Positions 31,159 to 42,240 of a DNA stretch of 64,000 bases are shown one piece after another (position 1 is the stretch's first letter; the number at the start of each line of letters is the position of its first letter). The stretch is from assembly GCA_963716745.1 (NCBI GenBank), contig OY970320.1, positions 2,400,001 through 2,464,000 on the forward strand, read 5' to 3'. The DNA comes from an uncultured Gemmatimonadaceae bacterium (GTDB taxonomy: Bacteria > Gemmatimonadota > Gemmatimonadetes > Gemmatimonadales > Gemmatimonadaceae). A model generated the notes under the pieces. The model worked only from the letters and a program-made list of their open reading frames with translations, was not told the DNA's origin and did not search any database. A program made the position numbers and the translations under genes.

Positions 31159-33153
31159 CAGAACTCGATCTGCGCGCCGAGCTCGACGACGCGATTGGGC
31201 GGCAGGCCGAAGAATTCCGTAGCGGCGCGCGCGTTGCGCGACATGATCACGAAGATCTTCTTGCGCCAGAGCGGCATCTTGGACGAGCCGGTGGGGATCA
31301 GCTGCTCGCGTCCAAGGAAATAACTCGTGTCGCCTGGCCGCATGGTGATGCCGGCGGGCGCGCACAGGCCGAGCACCTCGCGCACGTTGGGCGTCTGCAT
31401 GAATCCGTAGCGCGCGATCACGCGGTAGAATCCGTCGCCGAGCACGGTGACGTCGGTGCGCTCCTGCACGGGCACCTCCGGCACGCCGGCGGTGATCACC
31501 GAAAGGAGGATCACCTGCTCATGCAGCACCTTGTTGTGCTTGAGATGATGCAGCAGCACCACCGGCGCGCCCTGCGTGTCCGACGTGAGGAACACGGCGG
31601 TGCCGCGCACGCGCACCGGCTTCCCCAGACGTACGCTCTCGAGGAACTGGTCGATCGGCAGGCTCGCCTCGCGCAGGATCTGCTGCACCTCGGCGCGCCC
31701 GCGCTTCCACGTGGTGAGCATCACATACACGCCCGCGGCCACCGCCAGCGGGAACCAGCCACCATGTTCGATCTTCACCACGTTCGCCGCGAGGAAGCTC
31801 ATGTCGATCGTGAGGAAGAACACGAGGAAGAGGAGTGCGCGCCAGCGCGGCCAGTCGAGCTGCTGCCGCGCGATCACGGTGAAGAGAACCGTCGTGATCG
31901 CCATCGTGCCGGTGACCGCAATGCCATATGCCGCGGCGAGATTCGAGGAGGAGCGGAAGCCCACCACGAGGGCGAGGCAGCCCACCGCGAGCGCGATGTT
32001 CACCTCGCCGATGTAGATCTGGCCGGCCTCGTGCTTCGAGGTATGCACCACCTTGAGCCGCGGCGAGTAGCCGAGCTGCATGGCCTGCTGCGTGAGCGAG
32101 AACGCGCCCGAGATCAACGCCTGCGACGCGATGATCGCCGCGATGGTGGCGAGCGCCACCATCGGATAGAGCATCGGCTCCGGGATGAGCCGAAAGAACG
32201 GGTTCGCCGCCGCCGAACCGTCGCGCAGCAACAGCGCGCCCTGTCCGAAATAGTTCAGCAGCAGGGCGGGCAGCCCGACGAAGAACCACGCCGCGCGAAT
32301 GGGCCGGCGGCCGAAGTGGCCCATGTCGGCGTAGAGGGCCTCGGCGCCGGTGACGCACAGCACCACGGCGCCGAGCGTGAGGAAGCCGATCAGGCCGTTC
32401 TCCACGAAGAATCGCGCGCCGTACCACGGATTGATCGCGCGCGAGGATCGCCGGCTCGCGCGCGATCTCCATCGTTCCAAAGATCCCGATGGCGCTGAAC
32501 CAGACGAGCATGATCGGTCCGAACACCTTGCCGATGCGATCGGTGCCGAAGCGCTGCACGGCGAAGAGGAGGGCGAGGATCACGAGGCTGAACGGCACGA
32601 CGAGGTGGGCGAGCAGCGGGCTCGCGACCTCGAGGCCTTCCACCGCGCCGAGCACCGAGATGGCGGGTGTGATGATGCCGTCGCCGTAGAGCAAGGCGGC
32701 GCCGAAGAGTCCGAGCGTGGTGAGCACCATGAACGCGCGCTTGTGAAGGGGGTCCATGCGGCGCTGGATGAGCGCCAGCAGCGCGAGGATCCCGCCCTCG
32801 CCTCCATTGTCGGCGCGCATGATGTAGAGGATGTACTTGAAGCTCACGACGAGCATCAGCGACCACAGGATGAGCGAGAGCACGCCATACACGTTCGACG
32901 GCGTGGGCTCGAGGCCCAGCGTATGGCCGAAGCATTCCTTGAGCGCGTACAGCGGGCTCGTGCCAATGTCGCCATACACCACGCCAAGCGCCGTGAGCGA
33001 GAGGATGGCGAGCCGGCGGCCCACCGGTTTCACCTCCACCCTGTGCCGGTCGAACGCCTTGGGGAATGCGCCGGTGACGGGGAAGGTGGCGGTGGTGGTC
33101 GGGATCGCCGTCGGTGGGATCGGCGGCGTCTGCGGTCCGGTGGGCTCGCTCAT
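31158..33153 (-). CDS. kup: Potassium uptake protein, frameshift ~32440
   Basis: GVVYGDIGTSPLY, ADNGGEGG, TGAEALYADMGHFG, HHLKHNKVLH, VVELGAQIEF. Confidence 0.95.
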
Positions 33154-34139
33154 CTGGTGGCGGCGATCTCCGCGAGGGCGCGATGCACGTGCACGCGCAC
33201 CATCTCTTTGCGCCACGCGAGCGTGTAGTCGGTGTTGTCCATCGGTTTCGCGGGGCGATACGCGGCGTCGGCCGCGGCGGCAATGGCGTTCTCCTCGAGG
33301 CGCGAGCCGATGATCGCGGCGGCGGACTCGGGGATCTCCTGCGGATGCGAGGCGACCGCGCCGAGCACGATGCGGGCGTTCTTCACGATGCCATCGTTCG
33401 CGCGCGACACCCATGCGGCCACGCCGAGCACCGGGAAGTCGAACGAGCCGCGCCGGCGCAGCTTGTGATAGCTGGCGCGCCAGCCGTTCGGCGGCGGCAG
33501 ATGATATGACACGAGCAACTCATCGGGCTGCTTGGTGAGATAGGCGATGCCATCGTTCGCGTAGAGATCGGCGGCGGGCATGGTGCGCTCTCCGCGCGCG
33601 CTCGCGAGCGTCACCGAGGCGCCGATCGCGACGGCGACGGGCACTCCGTCGGAGCTTTGCACGGCCCAGCATCGCGGGCTCGATGGCGCCACCCAGCAGA
33701 TCTTGCCGTCCTTCTTCATGCAGTAGTCGATGGAGCGGCGCCATTCTTCCGTTTGATCGTAATAGTTGCAGCGCGTATCGAGGAGCAGGTTGCCGCCGAT
33801 GGTGCCCATGTGGCGCAGGGTGGGCGTACTCACCACCTCGGCCGCGTGCGCGACGGCGGCGTACTGCGCGCGCACCAGCGGGTGGCGCGCCACCGCTTCG
33901 AGCGACGCGCCGGCGCCGATCGTGACGCCGCCATCACTCGCGATGCGGATCTCGGCGAGTTCCTTGATGCGCGAGAGCGCGATCACCGTCGCGGGAGTCA
34001 TCTGGCGTCGTTTCATGTTCGGCCAGAGATCCGTGCCGCCGGCCACGTACATCGCATCATCGCCCGCGTCGGCCCGCGCACGCACCGCGTCGGCCAGCGT
34101 GCGCGGCTCCACAAGAGTGAAACGCGGCAGGCGCAGCAC
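33150..34139 (-). CDS. FAD/[4Fe-4S] subunit, 4-hydroxybenzoyl-CoA reductase beta-like (XDH family)
   Basis: AGGTDL, TIGGNL and a C-x15-C-x7-C-x8-C insert typical of HcrB. Confidence 0.85.
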   Translation of the reverse strand: MLRLPRFTLVEPRTLADAVRARADAGDDAMYVAGGTDLWPNMKRRQMTPATVIALSRIKELAEIRIASDGGVTIGAGASLEAVARHPLVRAQYAAVAHAAEVVSTPTLRHMGTIGGNLLLDTRCNYYDQTEEWRRSIDYCMKKDGKICWVAPSSPRCWAVQSSDGVPVAVAIGASVTLASARGERTMPAADLYANDGIAYLTKQPDELLVSYHLPPPNGWRASYHKLRRRGSFDFPVLGVAAWVSRANDGIVKNARIVLGAVASHPQEIPESAAAIIGSRLEENAIAAAADAAYRPAKPMDNTDYTLAWRKEMVRVHVHRALAEIAATR

Positions 34140-36607
34140 TAGCGCGATCCCGCGGCGAGCGGTGCGTCCGCCGGGCCGCCCACTTCGCTGTGCGCGCGCT
34201 CGTCGGCCTCGCGGCCATCGCCGCCCTGCGCCGGCGTGAGAATGGGCGCGGCATCGGGGAACTTGTATTCGGGCACTTTGGTCGGACCGAAGCGCGGCGC
34301 CTTTCCCTTCTGCTTATCGCGCAGTGCGCGCAGCACCATGTGCGGTTGGCACGGCACGCAGTCCACGCGCACGCCCACGGCGTCGTACACCGCGTTCGCC
34401 ACCGCCGGCGGGATCGGCAGCAGCGGACCCTGGCCCACCTCCTTCGCGCCGAACGGACCGCCCGCCTCGGGCTCCTCGATCAGAATGGTCTCGACGTCGC
34501 ACATCTCCATCGTCGTGGGACTCTTGTACTCGAGCATGCTCGGGTGGTGGTGCACCACGTTCCGTTCGGCATCGCGATACGTCATCTCCTCCATGAGCGC
34601 TTCACCGAGGCCCATGTACACCGAGCCCTCCACCTGTCCGATCGCGAGCGTCGGATTGATCGCACGGCCAATGTCGTGCGCGATCCACACTTTGGGCACG
34701 CGCACGATGCCGGTGTCGGGATCCACTTCCACTTCGGCCACCGCGCACGAGTACGAGTACGCGGGCGACGGACCCACGCCCGCGCCCTTGTAGCGGCCCG
34801 GTGATTTCGGCGGCGTGTACGATCCCGTGCTGCCGATCGCGCCGAGCGCGCTCTCGGCGATGCGCACGGCTTCGGCGAATTCCATGCCGCGCTCGGGATC
34901 CTCGCTGTCGAACACGCGGCGGTGCGAGAAGACGATGCGCTCCATGGGCACGCCGAGTTTCTTTGCGACGGGTGCGGCGACTGCGTCGCGCGCGCGCTCG
35001 GCCGCCTGGATCGCGGCTTGTCCGGTCATGAGCGTGACGCGCGACGAGTACGAGCCGAGATCGACCGGCGTGAGGTCCGTGTCGCCGGTGACGACGCGAA
35101 CATCCACCACTTCGATGCCGAGTACTTCGGCGACGAACATCGCGAGCATCGTGTCCGAGCCCTGGCCGATGTCCGTGCTGCCGCAGAAGGCGGTGACGCC
35201 GCCCGAGCGGTCGAGCTTGAGCTGCACGCTCGAGTGCGGGAGCTGGTTCCAGTAGATGGGCAGATTCGCGCCGGAGATGTAGCTGGAGCAGGCGATGCCG
35301 ACGCCGCGGCCGAAGGGGAGTTTGCGGAACTTTTCGCGCCAGCCGCTGGCCTTCACTGCGGCGTCGATGGCCGGGCCGAGCCCCATGGAGCCGACGCGCA
35401 GCCAATTCGCGGTGACGCGAGTTCGCGGGCTGGAGGATCTTGCGGCGCATGTCGGCGGGATCGAGCTGCAGATGCTCGGCGATCTTGTCGAGCTGTACTT
35501 CCTGGCCGAAGCGCGGCTGCGGCGTGCCGTGGCCGCGCTTTGGGCCGCAGGGCGGTTTGTTCGTGAACGCGCGCAGCCCGCGGAAGCGGTACGCGGGGAT
35601 CTCGTACGTCACCGTTTGCAGCGCGCCCGTGTAGTACGTGCTCGCCACGCCGTAGCTGCCGTACGCGCCGCCGTCGAGGAAGGTCGCGAAGTCCATCGCG
35701 ACAATGCGGCCATCGTTCTTCACGCCGGTGCGCACGCGCATGAGCACTTGGTGGCGGCCGCGGTGGCAGAGGAACACTTCCTCGCGCGTGAGGCAGATCT
35801 TCACGGGGCGCCCGGTGCGGCGCGCGAGCTCGGCGACCACCACTTCGTGATTGAACGGATCGGATTTCCCGCCGAAGCCGCCACCGTTGGGCGTGGCGAT
35901 CACGCGCACGTGCGCCGCCGGCATCTCGAGCACGCGCGCGAGGGCGCGGTGCAGGTAATGGGGCGTCTGCGTGCTGCTCCACACCGTGAGCTTGCCATCG
36001 GTGCTCCACTGCGCGAGCGACGCGTGCTGCTCCATCGCGAGGTGCGTGTTCCCCTCGTAGAAGAACATGTCGTCGGCAATGTAGTCGGCGTTCTTCATCG
36101 CTTCGTCCACGCCGCCGAAATCGAGCGCGATCTCCTTGTGGATGTTGCCGCGGTCGGCGTACTCGTGGAGCTGCGGCGCTGGGTTCGCGATCGCGTCGTC
36201 AACGCTCTCGATACTCTTGAGAGGTTCGTACTCCACCTCGATGAGGCGGCACGCCTCTTCGGCGATCATCTCGTCGGTAGCGGCGACCGCCGCGATCGGA
36301 TCGCCCACGAAGCGCGCGACGTCCTGGCAGAGCGCGTGCTCGTCCTGCGAGATGGGAGGATGCCGAATGGAATAGGCAGCGCGTCGCCGGTGAGCACCGC
36401 GATCACGCCGGGCAGCGCGGACGCGCGGCGCGTATCGACGCGAATGATCTTCGCGTGCGCGTGGCGCGAGCGGTGCAGTTTGCAATGGAGCATGCGCGGC
36501 AGCACGAGATCGTCGGCGAACAATGTTTGGCCGGTGACCTTCGCGCCGCCGTCCACTTTCGCGGCCGGCGTGCCCACTACCTGGAACTTGCGCGGCGCGT
36601 CAGCCAC
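34139..36607 (-). CDS. Molybdopterin-binding subunit, HcrA-like (XDH family), frameshifts ~36350 and ~35420
   Basis: STQTPH, GGGFGGK, RGHG, GQG, GSYSSRVT, GQVEG, GPFGAKEVGQ motifs over three frames. Confidence 0.85.
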
Positions 36608-37115
36608 GCGCGCTCTCCATCCAGCCGGCGGCGAGCTCCACCGCTTCGTAGATCTTCAGATAGCCCGTGCAGCGGCACAGATTGCCGGCGAGCGATTCCT
36701 TGATCTCCTCGCGCGAGGGATGCGGATTCGACGCGAGCAGCGCCTGCGCCGCGAGCAGGAACCCGGGCGTGCAATAGCCGCACTGCGCGGCGCCGAGCTC
36801 GGCGAAGGCCTGCTGCAGCGGATGCAGTACGCCGCCGTCGGCCATGCCTTCCACTGTCTCAATGCGGCGCTCGGCGTATTGCGACGCGAGCGCGAGACAG
36901 GAGAGAACGGGCGCGCCGTCCACGAGCACCGTGCACACGCCGCACTCGCCGAGCTCACAACCGTGCTTCGTGCCGGTGAGTGCGAGGTCCTCGCGAATGA
37001 CCTCGAGGAGCGTCTTGTTGGGAGCGAAGGCGATCTCGCGGCGCTCGCCATTCACTACGAACGCGGCGTGCGCAGTGGAGCGCGCAGGCGCCTCGATTTG
37101 GACAGGTTTCGGCAC
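36600..37115 (-). CDS. 2x[2Fe-2S] subunit, HcrC/CoxS-like
   Basis: GCELGECGVCTV, QCGYCTPG, NLCRCTGY; start uncertain (GTG 37115). Confidence 0.9.
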   Translation of the reverse strand: MPKPVQIEAPARSTAHAAFVVNGERREIAFAPNKTLLEVIREDLALTGTKHGCELGECGVCTVLVDGAPVLSCLALASQYAERRIETVEGMADGGVLHPLQQAFAELGAAQCGYCTPGFLLAAQALLASNPHPSREEIKESLAGNLCRCTGYLKIYEAVELAAGWMESARG

Positions 37116-37174
37116 GGGTAGAGGATGCCTATCCGGACGCGAGGCGGGCAAGGGCGGGGGCTCTAACTACACAG

Positions 37175-37292
37175 CCGGGAACCGGTTGCCGGGAACCGGT
37201 GAGGCATGACAACACATGGCATCACGACGTCGAGCAATGTCGTGATGCCATGTATTGTCATGCTTCATTGGTTCCCGGTAATCGGTTCCCGG
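37175..37292. repeat. Fold-back element F, 56-bp arms (CCGGGAA/CCGGTTR heptads)
   Basis: 37175-37230 pairs with 37237-37292 (7 mismatches, all transitions); homologous to element G. Confidence 0.9.
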
Positions 37293-37304
37293 TAGTCCGC
37301 CGTT

Positions 37305-38528
37305 CTATTCGTACCGCAGTGCCGTGATCGGGTCCATCTGCGCCGCTCGTCTGGCCGGCCACACGCCGAATACCACGCCCACGAGCGCCGAGAACAGGAA
37401 CGCCAGGATCACGGATGCGGGCGCCACGTCGGTGTTCCAATGGAATCCGTATCGCATGCCGATCGCGCCACCGGCCCCAAGCAGGATGCCGAACGCGCCC
37501 CCGAGCACGCAGAGCACCACGGCCTCGATCAGGAACTGCAGCAGGATGTTCATCTTGGTGGCGCCGAGCGCCTTGCGCACGCCGATCTCGCGCGTGCGCT
37601 CGGTGACGGACACGAGCATGATGTTCATGATGCCGATGCCGCCCACGAGGAGACTTACCGCGGCGATGCCGCCGAGCAACAGGCCGAATACCTGCGTGGT
37701 GGACGACAGCGTGTTCAGGAAGTCGGCCTGACTGCGGATCTGGAAATCGTCGTCGCGCCCGCTGGGGATCCGGTGCTGCCGCCGCAGGATGCGCTCGATC
37801 TCGGTCATCGTCTCCGGGATCATCGCCTCGCTCGGCGCCACGACGCTGATCGTGCGCAGATAGATCGTGTCGAACACGCGGAAGCGCGCCGTGTTGATCG
37901 GGATCACGACCTGATCGTCCGGATCGTTGAAGCCGGCCGCGCCCTTCGTGTCGAAGATGCCGATCACCTGGAACTCGATGCCGCTGATGCGGATCATCTC
38001 GCCCACGAGCGCATTCGGTGCGCCGGGGGAGAGGTTGTTGGCTGTGGTGGCGCCCAGGACGGCGACGCGCTTGCGCCCCTCATCCTCCTGGGTCGTGAAC
38101 ATGCGGCCGTTCGCCGGCGCGACGGTGTACTTCCGCACGTCGCCGTAGTTCGCGGTCGCGCCGATGATCGTGGTGCTGGTATTCGTGCGGCGCCACTGCA
38201 CCTGCAGCGTGCGCGACATCTCGGGCTCGACCGCGAGGAAGAGCGTCCCCTGCTCCTGCAGCGCGGTGGCGTCATCCACCGGCAGTCGCGCGCGATCGCT
38301 GGACGACGCGATGCCGCCGGTGAACACCTGGCCGGGCACAACCGAGAGGAGCGTGGTGCCGAGCGCAGCGATCCGATCGTTCACGGCCTGCTGGGCGCCG
38401 CGCCCGAGCGCGACGACCGCGATCACGGCCGCCACGCCGATCACGATGCCGAGCATCGTGAGCGCCGACCGCAGCTTGTTCGCCCGAAGCGCGATGAGCG
38501 CGACGGCGATGGTCTCGCCGATCATCAT
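37305..38528 (-). CDS. MacB-like ABC permease (no fused ATPase)
   Basis: RSALTMLGIVIG, VGGIGIMNIMLVSVTERTREIGVRKALGA, PARRAA..DPI.ALRYE. Confidence 0.92.
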   Translation of the reverse strand: MMIGETIAVALIALRANKLRSALTMLGIVIGVAAVIAVVALGRGAQQAVNDRIAALGTTLLSVVPGQVFTGGIASSSDRARLPVDDATALQEQGTLFLAVEPEMSRTLQVQWRRTNTSTTIIGATANYGDVRKYTVAPANGRMFTTQEDEGRKRVAVLGATTANNLSPGAPNALVGEMIRISGIEFQVIGIFDTKGAAGFNDPDDQVVIPINTARFRVFDTIYLRTISVVAPSEAMIPETMTEIERILRRQHRIPSGRDDDFQIRSQADFLNTLSSTTQVFGLLLGGIAAVSLLVGGIGIMNIMLVSVTERTREIGVRKALGATKMNILLQFLIEAVVLCVLGGAFGILLGAGGAIGMRYGFHWNTDVAPASVILAFLFSALVGVVFGVWPARRAAQMDPITALRYE

Positions 38529-38529
38529 G

Positions 38530-40170
38530 TTACGGATTCCCCGGGCGTGGCGCCGGCGGCGGCGCGGGCGGCGCCGCCTGCGTGGGAGTCGCGGCCGCGG
38601 CCGGCGTCGCGCCCTTCTGGCCGCCGCCACCGCCGCCGCCCGTCTTGGTGCCGCCGCCGGCGTTGCCCTGCTGGCTCACGCCGGGCAGCCCCATGCGGCT
38701 CTGGATGCGCGCCTGCAGATCCTGCCGCGCCGCCTGCAGCATCGCGGCGTTGATGAGCGCCACTTTGTCGCCCTCGGCGAGCCCGCTCAACACCTGCGTC
38801 ACGTCGTAGTTGCCGACGCCGAGAGTGAGGATCTTCGGCACATAGGTGCCATTCTGCTGGACGAACACAAGGCCCGGACGCGGGCGGGTATTGCCCGGGT
38901 TCGACTCCTCGCTGCCGCCCATCGCGAGCTGCGTGCCGCCGGCGCTGGTGCGCCGGAGCTGTGCGCACGCGCGCGCCGAGCCCGCATCGATGTGCAGCGT
39001 GTCGTACACCGCGCGCATCTTCGCGCCGAGCGCCTGCCGGTCGCCGCCGGCCTGCATCGAATCGCGCAGCGTCTGCATCTGCTTCTGTTGCGTAGGATGC
39101 TTGGCGATCACGGCGTTGATCGAATCGCACTGCGATTGCGACACGCTCACCGTGGCGGCGCTGCCCGCGCTGTCGCCGTTGCGGCGGCCGCCGCCGAGCG
39201 CGGCCATCACGGCGTTCACGTCCAGTCCGAGCGCCTTCGCGGCGGCGCGCGCGTCCTTCGGGCTGCGCACGGCGTCGTTCGGCACGGCGAGCGCGTTGTC
39301 CCGCTGCTCCACGAGGATCGACACGTCGCTGTTCATGCCGGGCATGAGCGCGCCATCCTGATTGTCGATCTTGATGAACACCGGGAACATCGTGACGCTC
39401 TGCTGCACCGTGGCCTGCGGCGAGATCTTCTGCACCGTGCCGCGGAAGACGCGATTGGGATACGCGTCCACCTTGATCGTGGCACTCTGCCCCGCCTTCA
39501 CGTTGCCGATGTCGCTCTCGGCCACGAGCGTGCTGTCCATGATCTGCGCGAGGTTGGCCATGACGAGCAGCGTCGTGCCGCCGCTCACATTGCCGGTCGC
39601 CGACGCGATCACCTGCCCCTCGGAGACGTCGCGCTCGATGACCGTGCCGGAGGCCGGCGCGCGAATCGTGACATCCTCGAGCGCGATGGACGCGTTGTCG
39701 AGATTGGTGCGCGCCGCCACGAGCTGCGACGACGCGTTCGCGTAGGCGAGTTGCGCGGCCTCCATGTCCGTCGATGTGAGAACGCCGTTCTTGAAGAGCG
39801 TCGAGTCGCGCATGAACTGTGTCTTCGTGACCGCAACGTTGGCCTCGGCGGCCTTCACCGCGGCGGCGGCCATATCGTACGTATTCTGCGGGATGCGCGG
39901 GTCGATCTTCACGAGGAGCGCGCCGGTCTTCACCAGCGAGCCCGACTCGACGTAGATCTTGAGCACGGTGCCGGAGGCCTTGGACTTCACCTGCACGGGA
40001 TTGATCGGCGTGACGACGCCGGTCGCCTCGACATCGACCACGATGTCCTGGCGCATGACCTGGGCGGTCTGCACGACGGGGCCGGTGGGCGCCTTGCTCT
40101 TGCAGCCGGCGGCGGCGAACGCGACGACCAGGAGGGAGATGGTGCGCTTCTTCACGTGGCGGATCCTCAC
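38530..40170 (-). CDS. MacA-like periplasmic adaptor subunit, lipoprotein, with a helical insertion
   Basis: Lipobox AAGC, IRAPASG, ESDIG..GQ, LMPGM. Confidence 0.9.
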   Translation of the reverse strand: MRIRHVKKRTISLLVVAFAAAGCKSKAPTGPVVQTAQVMRQDIVVDVEATGVVTPINPVQVKSKASGTVLKIYVESGSLVKTGALLVKIDPRIPQNTYDMAAAAVKAAEANVAVTKTQFMRDSTLFKNGVLTSTDMEAAQLAYANASSQLVAARTNLDNASIALEDVTIRAPASGTVIERDVSEGQVIASATGNVSGGTTLLVMANLAQIMDSTLVAESDIGNVKAGQSATIKVDAYPNRVFRGTVQKISPQATVQQSVTMFPVFIKIDNQDGALMPGMNSDVSILVEQRDNALAVPNDAVRSPKDARAAAKALGLDVNAVMAALGGGRRNGDSAGSAATVSVSQSQCDSINAVIAKHPTQQKQMQTLRDSMQAGGDRQALGAKMRAVYDTLHIDAGSARACAQLRRTSAGGTQLAMGGSEESNPGNTRPRPGLVFVQQNGTYVPKILTLGVGNYDVTQVLSGLAEGDKVALINAAMLQAARQDLQARIQSRMGLPGVSQQGNAGGGTKTGGGGGGGQKGATPAAAATPTQAAPPAPPPAPRPGNP

Positions 40171-41474
40171 AGTTCGCGACCGATCAGCGCTTCGAGCTGC
40201 GCTTTGGCCACGCGGTAGTTGAAGCGCGCCTGGATGAGCAGGAAGCGCGCCTGATTCAAAGTGGTCTGGGATGTCAGAGCGTCGAGGATCGTCCCCGCGC
40301 CGAGTTGGTACCGCTGCTGCTGCACGCGGAGGTCTTCCTCTGCCGCGGCGACGGAGACGAGCTGGATCCTGATCTGCTCCTGCGCCGTCTGCAGCGCGCC
40401 GAGGTACTGCACGAGACTCTGCTGCGCCGCGAACTTGGTGTCGCGCAGCGTCGCATCGGCGATCATCGCGGTCACGTCGGCCGCGACGATGCTCGATTCA
40501 CGCTGCCACTGGTTGAAGATCGGGAAGGACGCCGAGAAGCGGAGCTGCCCGCTGTACGAGTAATCGCTCGGCGAGAAGCTGAACACGCTGTCGGCGGCCA
40601 CGCGGTTGCGGCCGTACGACATGGAGATCGTGGGGAACCACTGCGAGCGCGCCGCCTGCGATCCGCTCTTGGCCGCCTCGAGCGACGCCGTGGCCTGTTG
40701 TACGAGCGGGCCCACCGCCGCATACTGCGCGATCTGCGCGCTGTCGGCCGCGAGCTGCGGCTGCCCGAGCGTGTCGGACGGGATCGCCGTCACGGTGATC
40801 TTGGTGGCCACGAGACGCGTGAGCGCCGCGTTGGCCGTTTGCAGATCGTTGTTCGCGGTGAGGATGCCGAGCTGCGCGTTGCCCACCTGGATGAGCGAGC
40901 GCAGCGAATCCGATTTAATGGCCGTCTTCGCCTGCACCATCAGCACGGACATCTTCATCTGCTGATTGGCCTGGTCGAGCGCGGCCTCGGCGTCGCGCTT
41001 CTCCTCCAGCGCGGCGAGCACGGCGTAGTACTGCTGCTTCACGAGATACGCGATCTGCCAGTTCTGCGCGTTCTCACCCGCGACCGCGGCGCCGAGATTC
41101 GCTCGCGCCTGCGAGATGTCGAAGATGCGCCGGCCGCCATCGAAGAGATCGAGTGCGAAGTTGAAGCCTTGCGTGGTCTGCCACTTGCCCGAGATCACCT
41201 GGCCGGTGGTGGTGTTCACGCGGCTCGAGGCGGGGCTGAGCGACGAACTGGAGGTGTTCACCGTGAGGCTTGGGATGAACGCCGACCAGGCCGAGTGCAC
41301 GCCGGCCTCGGAATTCTGGATGCCCCCGCGCGCGGTGACCGTGGCCGGATTGTTCTTCACGGCCAACTGGATCGCTTCGCTGAGTGGGATCGGATGTGCG
41401 CCGGTATCCGGTGCGACCTGCGCGGACAGGGGCGCCGCGGCGAACACCGCGAGCGCCAGATAGCGGGATCTCAC
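40167..41474 (-). CDS. TolC-family outer-membrane efflux protein
   Basis: Signal peptide; LSEAIQLA..NNP, LFDGG, RYQLG repeats. Confidence 0.9.
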   Translation of the reverse strand: MRSRYLALAVFAAAPLSAQVAPDTGAHPIPLSEAIQLAVKNNPATVTARGGIQNSEAGVHSAWSAFIPSLTVNTSSSSLSPASSRVNTTTGQVISGKWQTTQGFNFALDLFDGGRRIFDISQARANLGAAVAGENAQNWQIAYLVKQQYYAVLAALEEKRDAEAALDQANQQMKMSVLMVQAKTAIKSDSLRSLIQVGNAQLGILTANNDLQTANAALTRLVATKITVTAIPSDTLGQPQLAADSAQIAQYAAVGPLVQQATASLEAAKSGSQAARSQWFPTISMSYGRNRVAADSVFSFSPSDYSYSGQLRFSASFPIFNQWQRESSIVAADVTAMIADATLRDTKFAAQQSLVQYLGALQTAQEQIRIQLVSVAAAEEDLRVQQQRYQLGAGTILDALTSQTTLNQARFLLIQARFNYRVAKAQLEALIGREL

Positions 41475-41839
41475 TTGCGATTGGCCTCCGAGGCGCGATC
41501 GTGTTCCGCCATCAACTCCTGGAATCGCTTCTGCTGGTCGGGGTTCAAGATGCCCATGATCTGCTTACGCGCGGCGATGCGCGCGGAGTCGAGCTGCGGC
41601 TTCACGGGCGCGGCGATCTTGGTCATCACCATGCGCCGCTCGTCCAGGATGGAATCGAGCTGCGCCGTCTGCGCGGCCGAGAGGTCCAGTTGCGCGGCGA
41701 TGTAATGGCGCATCGCGCCGGGCGCCCCGGGGGCGTCGGCGCGCGCGTCGATGAGGTGGCCGGCGGCGAAGCCAAGGGCTCCGCCGGTCACTAATGCGCC
41801 GGCCAGCAGTGCGAGCGCGATCTCTTTGGGACGTTGCAT
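41471..41839 (-). CDS. Spy/CpxP/heavy-metal-sensor-like periplasmic protein
   Basis: Single TM; LDLSAAQ and ILNPDQQKRF LTxxQ-like motifs. Confidence 0.7.
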   Translation of the reverse strand: MQRPKEIALALLAGALVTGGALGFAAGHLIDARADAPGAPGAMRHYIAAQLDLSAAQTAQLDSILDERRMVMTKIAAPVKPQLDSARIAARKQIMGILNPDQQKRFQELMAEHDRASEANRK

Positions 41840-41852
41840 GAACGGTATCCGG

Positions 41853-42239
41853 TCAGGGCGTGAGGACATAACGGAGCACCGCCTCGTTGTCCGGCTTCGA
41901 GCCGGCGACAGCGCTCAACTGGGCAAGCGGAGGGTTCTCGTGGAGGAGCAACGCCTCGAGCTCCGTGCGCTCGCGCGTCTCGCGCGCGCGCCACAGCGTG
42001 GCGCCGGCCACCATCATGGCGAGGGCCGCCGCGATGAGACCGGGCGTCGCCCAGCGCGAGAGCGACAGCCACCACGAATCGGCGGCGTCGCCCGCGGGAG
42101 CGCCCGCGACGCGCGCGAGCACGCGGCGCTCGAGTTCGCTCCAATAGGCCTCGCCCTCCGGCGCCGCGTACATCCGGCGCAGAGCGCGGGTCACGTCGTC
42201 GTCGCGGCCCTCGGGCCCGATCCGATAGTCATCGCTCAT
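41853..42239 (-). CDS. Putative single-TM anti-sigma factor
   Basis: Directly after ECF sigma; P..YW..L..RV motif followed by a TM helix. Confidence 0.65.
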   Translation of the reverse strand: MSDDYRIGPEGRDDDVTRALRRMYAAPEGEAYWSELERRVLARVAGAPAGDAADSWWLSLSRWATPGLIAAALAMMVAGATLWRARETRERTELEALLLHENPPLAQLSAVAGSKPDNEAVLRYVLTP

Positions 42240-42240
42240 T

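Noticed and set aside
33150..37115. Aerobic CO dehydrogenase (coxMSL)
   Set aside because: The large subunit lacks the AYxCSFR/AYxGAGR motif, and the FAD subunit has the HcrB-type [4Fe-4S] insert.
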